Source: Candidatus Latescibacterota bacterium (GTDB lineage Bacteria; Latescibacterota; UBA2968; UBA8231). From it: a stretch of 64,000 bases of DNA. The DNA lies in the NCBI GenBank assembly GCA_965223905.1, contig CBDCXV010000010.1, forward strand, positions 96,001 through 160,000. Direction: 5' to 3'. The position numbers and the translations under genes were made by a program. How positions within the stretch are numbered: position 1 is the first letter of the stretch; every line of letters begins with the position of its first letter. Shown here piece by piece: positions 57,147 to 64,000 of the stretch. Under the pieces are notes generated by a model, which worked only from the letters and a program-made list of their open reading frames with translations, was not told the origin of the DNA and ran no database searches.

Positions 57147-57337
57147 GTGGAAGGCAGCGCGCCCATCCGGGGTGCGGCAATAAATCCGGCAAGGCAACGG
57201 GCGGCTTCCGCGGATGGGGACCGGCCTTCCGGGGTTCGTCCAGGGCCGAGGACTTTCTTTGTAAATTGGTAGGGTGCTGCACCGGGGATCCGCCCCAGGC
57301 ATCCAAGACGAATGAGCAGCCCTCGAGGAAATACCGC

Positions 57338-58462
57338 ATGAACGCCCCCGGCCAGGACCAGCGGATTCAGACCATCTGTCTGCTCCTTCTCACCGTAGTC
57401 GCCGTGGCGGCAGCGCTCTTCTGGCTGCGCTCGGTCATGGTTCCCTTCGTGTTCGCCGTTCTCATCGCTTTCGGCCTGTCTCCCCTGATCAATCTTCAAG
57501 AAAAGCATCTCCGCTTCCCGCGAATCCTGGCCATTCTCGCCACTCTGGCCGCGGGGTTCTTGATCCTGGGTCTGATCGGCGTGCTGATCTCGACGTCGGT
57601 CGGGCAACTGGCGGCGCGGGCCGACGACTATCTGCAGCGGCTCGTGCAGCTTCTCGACGTCGCCGTGGCGGCGATGCCCGGGCACTTCGAGGACGAGGCG
57701 AGGCGCGCCGTCGATTCGCTGTCCGACATTTCCCTGTCGACGGCAGGAACCATTCTCGTCACCGTGACCAACGAGCTTCTCAGCCTGCTCTCGAGCGGCC
57801 TGCTGGTGATGATCTTCGTCGGCTTCATGCTCGCCGGAGGCTCGGAGCTCGAGCTGACGCGGGACCGGTTCTGGAACGAAGTGCAGTCCCGCATTCAGCG
57901 CTACATCATCGTCAAGTCGCTCGTTTCCGCCCTGACCGGGACGCTGGTCGGAATCATCCTGGCGCTGCTTGGAATCGATCTCGCCCTCGTCTTCGGCGTA
58001 TTCGCCTTCCTGCTGAACTTCATTCCGAGCGTCGGATCGGTCATCGCCACCCTCCTGCCTCTTCCGGTCCTGATCGTCAGCCCGGACCTCTCCCTGACTA
58101 CCTGCGTGCTCGCCATCCTGTTGCCGGCGACGGTGCAGTTCATCGTCGGCAACATCGTCGATCCGAAGCTGATGGGAAAAACCCTCGACCTGCATCCCGT
58201 CGCCCTGCTGCTGGCCCTGATCGTCTGGGGGACGATCTGGGGAGTGATCGGGATGCTTCTCGCCACCCCGATAACCGCCATCCTCAAGATCATTTTCGAG
58301 CGCATGGAGATCACCGCCCCGCTTGCGGAGATGCTTGCGGGACGCCTTAGCGGCGAGAATGGGGACGACCCTCGGCCCGAGGAAGAAGAAGCCGGCATCG
58401 AGGAAGACGAAGAGCCCGGGAGCCAGCCGGATGAGCCTGCTGACACAGACGTGAGGCGCTGA
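57338..58462 (+). CDS. AI-2E family transporter
   Basis: Multiple TMs; AFLLNFIPSVGS, GNIVDPKLMG--LDLHP, WG-IWG-IGMLLATP. Confidence 0.93.
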   Translation: MNAPGQDQRIQTICLLLLTVVAVAAALFWLRSVMVPFVFAVLIAFGLSPLINLQEKHLRFPRILAILATLAAGFLILGLIGVLISTSVGQLAARADDYLQRLVQLLDVAVAAMPGHFEDEARRAVDSLSDISLSTAGTILVTVTNELLSLLSSGLLVMIFVGFMLAGGSELELTRDRFWNEVQSRIQRYIIVKSLVSALTGTLVGIILALLGIDLALVFGVFAFLLNFIPSVGSVIATLLPLPVLIVSPDLSLTTCVLAILLPATVQFIVGNIVDPKLMGKTLDLHPVALLLALIVWGTIWGVIGMLLATPITAILKIIFERMEITAPLAEMLAGRLSGENGDDPRPEEEEAGIEEDEEPGSQPDEPADTDVRR

Positions 58463-58480
58463 AGCGCCGGAACCCGGTTC

Positions 58481-59497
58481 CTACCCGGCCCGGGGGGCGA
58501 CCCCCTCCGGCAGCAGCCCCTCCTCCACGAGGTCCTCCCACAGGGCCGGCGGAATCTCTTCCTGCATCAGGCGCGCGTTCTCCTCCAGCTCGGCCACCGA
58601 GGCCGCGCCGGGCACCGCCGAGATCACCGCCTCGTGCCCGAAGGGGAACTGCAGGGCCGCGGCCCTCAGGTCTACGCGGTGGCGGTCGCAGACCGCCTTG
58701 AGCTCCCGGGCGCGTTGCACCAGGTGCCGGGGTGCGGGCTGGTAGTCGAAGGAGACAGGCCTGCCGAGGTCCCCGGCGAGGATGCCGCTGTTGTACGGTC
58801 CGCCGATGACCAGCTTCACGCCGCGCTCCAGGCACAGCGGCAGGAGCTCCGGCAGGGCGGTCTGGTCGAGCAGGGTGTAGCGCCCGGCCAGGAGGATGCA
58901 GTCGAGGTCGAAGCGCGCCACCATCCGCGCCGTCCGTTCCCACTCGTTCATCCCCATGCCGATCGCCCTGACCGCCCCGCCTGCCCGCAACTCTACCGCG
59001 GCCTCCAGCGCCTCGACAAAGACCTCGTTGCCGTGCTGCCCCATGAAGTCGCTGTCGTGGACGAAGAAGATGTCGACCGCGGCCAGCCCCAGCCGTTCCA
59101 GGCTGGAATCGAGGGATGCCCGCAGCCCCTCGGCGCTGAAGTCGAAGGCGCAGGTATAGCGCGGTATCCCCTCCTCGGTCCAGGGCTCCGGGTTTTCGGG
59201 GTCTGGCTGCAGCGTCCGCGAGCCCTTGGTCGAGATGGCGAACGACTCCCGCGGAAACTCCCCAAGCACCCGCCCGTAGCGCACCTCGCTGCGCCCCTCG
59301 CCGTACAGCGGCGCCGTGTCGAAATAGCGCACCCCCATCTCATGGGCGCGCCGGATGATGGCCAGTGCTTCCGCGTAGCCGCAGCCCCGGTAAATCCCGT
59401 CCGCCAGGACCATGCCCCCCAACGGCGCGCCCCCGAGGCCCAGGCGCGTCACCGTCACTCCCGTGCCGCCGATTTCCACCTTTTCGAAAGGGTTCAT
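58481..59497 (-). CDS. Aldo/keto reductase (L-fucose/D-threo-aldose dehydrogenase-like)
   Basis: LGLGGAPLG, FDTAPLYG-G-SE, STK, SLERLG, VHD, LLAGRYTLL, GGPYNSGIL. Confidence 0.88.
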   Translation of the reverse strand: MNPFEKVEIGGTGVTVTRLGLGGAPLGGMVLADGIYRGCGYAEALAIIRRAHEMGVRYFDTAPLYGEGRSEVRYGRVLGEFPRESFAISTKGSRTLQPDPENPEPWTEEGIPRYTCAFDFSAEGLRASLDSSLERLGLAAVDIFFVHDSDFMGQHGNEVFVEALEAAVELRAGGAVRAIGMGMNEWERTARMVARFDLDCILLAGRYTLLDQTALPELLPLCLERGVKLVIGGPYNSGILAGDLGRPVSFDYQPAPRHLVQRARELKAVCDRHRVDLRAAALQFPFGHEAVISAVPGAASVAELEENARLMQEEIPPALWEDLVEEGLLPEGVAPRAG

Positions 59498-59501
59498 GCT
59501 C

Positions 59502-60398
59502 TCACTCCAGTCCGTAAAGCCGTTCGGCATTGCCGGTGAACAGCCCGGCCTGATCTTCCCGCGGCCGTGCCCGGACGATATCCCTCAGGGCCGCGGTCCA
59601 GGCGCCGAGGCTCGCCCCGAGGTTGCAGACCGGCCAGTCGCCCCCGAACACCACCCGCTCCGGCCCGAAGCTGTCCAGGCAGTGGTCGACGGTCGGCGCA
59701 AGGGTCCCGGCGCTCCATCCCGCCGGGGCGCGGGCGACGATACCGGAAATCTTGCAGACGACGTGCTCCCGTTCCCCCAGCGCCGCGATATCGCTCAGCC
59801 ACTGCTCCCTGGTGTGGCTGAAGGGGTTGTCCGGATCGTACCCGGCGGCGCCGTTGACGACGTTCGGGTCGGCGTTGCCGCAGTGGTCGAGGATGAAGCG
59901 GGTGTCCGGGCACTGGTCCACCAGCCCGACTGCGTCCCCCAGCTCCCCCGGCCGCAGGCAGAGGTCGAAGCTCAGGCCGGCCTCGCCGAGATATTGGACG
60001 TCGCGGACGAATCCCCGCTGCAGGCAGCGGCCCGGCCCGGCAGACGGAACGTGCAGCACCTGCCGCACCCCCTTGATGAACTTGAACCCCTTGAACCGGT
60101 CGATGTAGTCGCGGAAACCCTCCTCCCCCGGGCTCCCCGAGATCACCGCCCCCGAAACCGGATTGCCGCCCTCCGAACACAGAGAGATGGCGAACTCCGC
60201 CTCTTCGGCGCGCCGGGCAGGGTCGAGGTCGACCTCCATGTAGACGGTCCGGTCGATTCCGGTCCCCGCGGCCGCGGCGAGATAGTCGCTGACGAGGTGA
60301 TTACCGCGCAGCGGCCCGGTCCCCTCCCCGTCGAGCCAGGGCAGGGAAAACCGCTTCAGGTCCCACAGGTGCTGATGCGTATCGACGATCGGAAACAT
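59502..60398 (-). CDS. Amidohydrolase 2 family (L-fuconolactonase-like)
   Basis: DTHQHLWD, KGVRQ, FDLC, LDHCG, CKISG, FGGDWPVC, NAERLY. Confidence 0.88.
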   Translation of the reverse strand: MFPIVDTHQHLWDLKRFSLPWLDGEGTGPLRGNHLVSDYLAAAAGTGIDRTVYMEVDLDPARRAEEAEFAISLCSEGGNPVSGAVISGSPGEEGFRDYIDRFKGFKFIKGVRQVLHVPSAGPGRCLQRGFVRDVQYLGEAGLSFDLCLRPGELGDAVGLVDQCPDTRFILDHCGNADPNVVNGAAGYDPDNPFSHTREQWLSDIAALGEREHVVCKISGIVARAPAGWSAGTLAPTVDHCLDSFGPERVVFGGDWPVCNLGASLGAWTAALRDIVRARPREDQAGLFTGNAERLYGLE

Positions 60399-60558
60399 TC
60401 ATCCCTCCAGGTTTCGATTTCCCGAAGGTACTGTACCGACCTGATCTCGACCCGGCGCTCTCCAGGGGCGTGACCGGGGCCGTGCGTCCGGCGACTCGGT
60501 TGCCGACCCGGGAGCCGTCACGCCTTGGTGGGACAAGACCTCGGTATCTCAACTTTCC

Positions 60559-60582
60559 ATATGCGCCGTATGGGGCGCATAT
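60559..60582. promoter_or_regulatory. Inverted repeat in divergent intergenic region (candidate operator)
   Basis: ATATGCGCC-N6-GGCGCATAT. Confidence 0.5.
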
Positions 60583-60652
60583 AGTATCTTTCGTAAGCTG
60601 AACCGGTTGATCGCCCGGCGAGTCGGCATCCTGGTCCTGGAGGAGCGGCGAA

Positions 60653-61096
60653 GTGGAGGAAACTCTTGAGTTGGAGGTCAGGCTCGATCCCGAAGAGCCC
60701 AGGCGCGTAGCCGAGCAGTTCGAACGCTTCGGAGCCGAGCATGGGCTGCCGGACAGAACGATTTTCGGATTCCAGCTGGCACTGGACGAGATCCTGACCA
60801 ACGTGATCTCCTACGGATTCGAGGAGTGGGCTCACGATCCGGTCATCACGGTGAGTTTTGACCTCAACGACACCCGGCTCGAGGTCGTCGTCCAGGACAA
60901 CGGCCGGCCCTTCGACCCGCTCCAGGACGCCGACGAGCCCGATTTGACCCTTCCCGCCTCTGGCCGCCCTGTCGGCGGCCTCGGCATCCATCTCACCAAG
61001 GCATTCGTTCACACGCTTTCGTACGAGCGGGTGGACGAGTACAACCGACTGAACCTGGTGCAGCCCACCGAGGCGCACCCGGAGGACAATGCATGA
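60653..61096 (+). CDS. RsbW-like anti-sigma factor / Ser kinase
   Basis: LALDEILTNVISYG, DNGRPFDPL, GGLGIHL. Confidence 0.9.
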   Translation: MEETLELEVRLDPEEPRRVAEQFERFGAEHGLPDRTIFGFQLALDEILTNVISYGFEEWAHDPVITVSFDLNDTRLEVVVQDNGRPFDPLQDADEPDLTLPASGRPVGGLGIHLTKAFVHTLSYERVDEYNRLNLVQPTEAHPEDNA

Positions 61097-61428
61097 ACGT
61101 CGAGACCAGCCATACCGGAAGCACCGCAGTCGCGGCCGTTAGCGGCCGCGTTGATTCCGCCAACGCAAAAAGCTTCGAAGAGGAACTGAGCTCCATCATC
61201 GACCAGGGGGCCACCGGCCTCGTGGTCGACTGCGGCGAGCTCAACTACATCAGCAGCGCCGGGCTGCGGGTTTTCCTGATCGCCATCAGGAAGACCAGCG
61301 CCGCCGGGGGAGGCCTGGCCCTGTGCCGCGTTCCCGCACACATCCAGGAGGTGCTGGAGATCAGCGGTTTCTCGCGCCTGACGAAGATCTTCCCCACGGT
61401 GGAGGAAGCCCGGGACAGCTTCGGATAG
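61093..61428 (+). CDS. STAS-domain anti-sigma factor antagonist (RsbV-like)
   Basis: GRVDS, LNYISSAGLRV, VLEISGF. Confidence 0.92.
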   Translation: MNVETSHTGSTAVAAVSGRVDSANAKSFEEELSSIIDQGATGLVVDCGELNYISSAGLRVFLIAIRKTSAAGGGLALCRVPAHIQEVLEISGFSRLTKIFPTVEEARDSFG

Positions 61429-61571
61429 CCTCCGGTAATGAAGTGCCGCGCACCGGCATTCCCGCGGTTGCGGGCTCCCCGCCGGCCCATCATGCGACCC
61501 GGTGCAGCCACCCGGGCGCCTTACGCCGCCGCCATCGAAGGGCACTCCGTACCCCTGCCTGAGGAGGACGC

Positions 61572-62975
61572 ATGAACGCACGCCGACACCGATCCTCCAT
61601 TCTCCGCCGCCCGCGGATTCCCGGGGCGGCTGCAGCTTGCGGGCTCTTCGCCGCCGGCATCCTCCTGGCCCCGGGTACCGCGGCGGCCGCGGAGGAAACC
61701 GGCTTCATCCTCAACACCTTCTCGTTCCTCGTCTGGGGAGTCCTGGTGATGTGGATGTGCGCCGGCTTCACCATGCTCGAGGCCGGATCGGTGCGCTCCA
61801 AGAACGCCTCGATGATCTGCCTGAAGAACATCGGGCTGTACGCCATCGCAGGGCTCACTTACTACGTGGTCGGCTACGGTCTGATGTACGTCGATGTCGG
61901 CACCCTAGTCGGTTCGCTGAATCTTTTGCACGGTCCCTCCGCCGACGAAGTCTCCTTCCTGGGCGGTGACAAGGGGGCGATGGCCGCCGTCCTCGCGAAC
62001 AACTACTCGACCATGTCCAACTGGTTCTTCCAGATGGTGTTCGTGGCCACCACCGCCTCCATCGTCTCCGGAACCTTGGCGGAGCGGGTGAAGCTCTGGG
62101 CCTTCTTCGCCTTCACCGCGATCCTGACGGCGATCATCTACCCCGTGGTCGGCGCCTGGACATGGGGAGGCGGCTGGCTTTCCCAGATGGGCTTCCAGGA
62201 CTTCGCCGGCTCCACCATCGTCCACTCGACCGGGGGCTGGGCCGCCTTGGCCGGGGCCATCGTCGTGGGAGCCCGCTGGGGCAAGTTCCGCAAGGACGGC
62301 TCGGTCAAGATCACCCCTCCGTCCAACATTCCGGCGGTCGCTCTCGGCGTCTTCATACTCTGGCTTGGATGGTTCGGCTTCAATGGCGGCTCGCAGCTTG
62401 CCCTCGCCGGCGCCGCCGACGCGGTGGCAATGAGCAACATCCTCGTCAACACCAACCTCGCCGCGGCCGCGGGAGTGCTCACCGCCATTTTGGTTTCGCG
62501 TCCCATCCTCGGGCGCACCGACCTCTTCTCCGCCCTCAACGGCGCCATCGCCGGCCTGGTGGCGATCACCGCGGGACCGGACATCACCGACCCCTGGCTG
62601 GCGATAATCATCGGCGCCGTGGGCGCGATCCTCTGCACCGCCGGGCTGAAACTGCTCGAGCGCATGAGGATCGACGACGTGGTCGGCGCCGTCCCGGCGC
62701 ACCTATTCGCCGGTGTCTGGGGGACGCTGGCGGTCTGCCTTTCGGGGAAGAGCAGTTTCCTCGTGCAGCTTACCGGAGTCCTCGCCGTCGGTGCGTTCGT
62801 CTTCGCCACCTCCATGTTGCTGTGGTTCGTTCTGAGCCGCACACTGGAAGTCCGGGTCTCGCGCGATGTCGAGGAAATCGGCCAGGACGCCGCTGAGCTG
62901 GGAATCGACGCCTACCCCGAGTTCGCCCTCATGGTGGACCCGGACGAGGGGGGAGATTACCGCGATCCGGACTGA
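61572..62975 (+). CDS. amtB: Ammonium transporter
   Basis: AGFTMLEAG, FFQMVF, DFAGSTIVHSTGG, WFGFNGGS, DDVVGAVPAH (both conserved His present). Confidence 0.95.
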   Translation: MNARRHRSSILRRPRIPGAAAACGLFAAGILLAPGTAAAAEETGFILNTFSFLVWGVLVMWMCAGFTMLEAGSVRSKNASMICLKNIGLYAIAGLTYYVVGYGLMYVDVGTLVGSLNLLHGPSADEVSFLGGDKGAMAAVLANNYSTMSNWFFQMVFVATTASIVSGTLAERVKLWAFFAFTAILTAIIYPVVGAWTWGGGWLSQMGFQDFAGSTIVHSTGGWAALAGAIVVGARWGKFRKDGSVKITPPSNIPAVALGVFILWLGWFGFNGGSQLALAGAADAVAMSNILVNTNLAAAAGVLTAILVSRPILGRTDLFSALNGAIAGLVAITAGPDITDPWLAIIIGAVGAILCTAGLKLLERMRIDDVVGAVPAHLFAGVWGTLAVCLSGKSSFLVQLTGVLAVGAFVFATSMLLWFVLSRTLEVRVSRDVEEIGQDAAELGIDAYPEFALMVDPDEGGDYRDPD

Positions 62976-63035
62976 AACCTCGAGGTGATCATCGGGCACG
63001 GCCGCTGAATCGCCCTCGCCCGATGAACCCTCCCC

Positions 63036-64000
63036 ATGAACTTCGACGCCTACGATCTCGACGCCGCGATCTACGACGAGATGTTCCTGCCGGACGGCAC
63101 GCCTCGCGGCCACTGCCGGGCCCTGCACGACACCCTGTGCCAGCTTCCCGCCGACGAGGTCGGCAGGATCCAAGAGCGCGTCACCCGCTCCTTCTCCAAC
63201 GAGGGGATCACCTTCACCGTCTACGGGGACGAGGAAGCCGACGAGCGCATCATTCCCGTCGACTGCGTTCCCCGCATCCTCTCCGCGGAGGAGTGGCGGC
63301 ACCTCGAGACCGGCCTCACCCAGCGCCTCGGCGCCCTGAATCGCTTCCTCGAGGACGTGTACGGGGAAGCCCGCATCATCGCCGAGGGCGTGATCCCCGC
63401 GGACCTGGTGCGCGGCTGTCCCCAGTACCGCCTCGAGATGTGCGGGGTACCGGTCCCCCCACGGCACCTGGGTCGCCGTCTGCGGCACCGACCTGGTGCG
63501 CACCAACGATGGCTTCCTCGTGCTCGAGGACAACCTGCGGGTTCCCTCCGGGGTTTCCTACATGATCGCCAACCGCAAGGTGGTCAAGTCGAGCCTGCGC
63601 CGCATCTACCGGGACTGCCGGGTGCGGGAGGTGGAGCAGTACGGGCAGGTGCTGCTCGAGACGCTTCGCGAGCTCGCCCCAGGAGGGCGCTCCGACCCCT
63701 GCATCGCCCTGCTCACCCCCGGGGTCGCCAACTCCGCCTTCTACAAGCACATATTCCTGGCGCAGGAAATCGGCGCGGCCCTCGTCGAAGGCCGCGACCT
63801 GCTGGTCAACGACGGCTTCGTCTACATGCGCACCACCGCAGGGCTGCGGCGGGTGGACGACGACTTCATCGACCCCCTCGTCTTCCGCCCCGATTCCCTG
63901 CTCGGAGTGCCCGGGCTGATGCACGCCTGCAAGAGCGGGCGCGTCGCCTTGGCGAACGCGCCGGGGACCGGGGTGCCGACGACAAGAGCGTCTATGCCTT
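63036..64000 (+). pseudogene. Circularly permuted type 2 ATP-grasp protein, frameshifted; runs off window edge
   Basis: YDEMF, GITFTVYG, ERIIPVD-VPRI, VLEDNLRVPSGVSYM, DDFIDPLVFRPDSLLGVPGL, ANAPGTGV; extra C at 63455-63460 and a missing base near 63975. Confidence 0.85.

Overview
GC-rich bacterial chromosomal window. The FlgD-Ig/T9SS-type sorting domains, a PorV-family barrel, several TonB-dependent receptors and an LDL-receptor YWTD-repeat protein suggest a non-Bacteroidota FCB-group organism, possibly a host-associated Latescibacterota- or Gemmatimonadota-like lineage (inference, not a database result). Left to right: 5' end of a P4-type integrase abutting a truncated, sigma54-driven YWTD-repeat surface protein; housekeeping genes (SelA-like PLP enzyme, gmhA, lpdA, ycaQ, Fic, rnhA); a cobalamin-riboswitch uptake/salvage operon whose distal end is broken by a lower-GC 3.2-kb insert with an IS1595 remnant; a MacAB-type exporter plus speD; a CHAD/kinase/NtrC-family operon; a small wecB-deacetylase-GT4 cluster; a TonB receptor + 1140-aa T9SS-type protein + PorV-like trio followed by another receptor; toxin-antitoxin genes; transporters; fucose-type oxidation genes; rsbW/rsbV-like genes, amtB and a decaying circularly permuted ATP-grasp gene. 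Best candidates for under-described biology: (1) the receptor/T9SS-cargo/PorV module, (2) a short C-terminal [TS]WGx[ILV]K tag on three unrelated secreted proteins, (3) a complete sigma54 promoter and enhancer in front of the eukaryote-like repeat protein. No rRNA, tRNA or CRISPR array was recognised. All calls are from reading motifs by eye; start codons were adjusted manually where noted.
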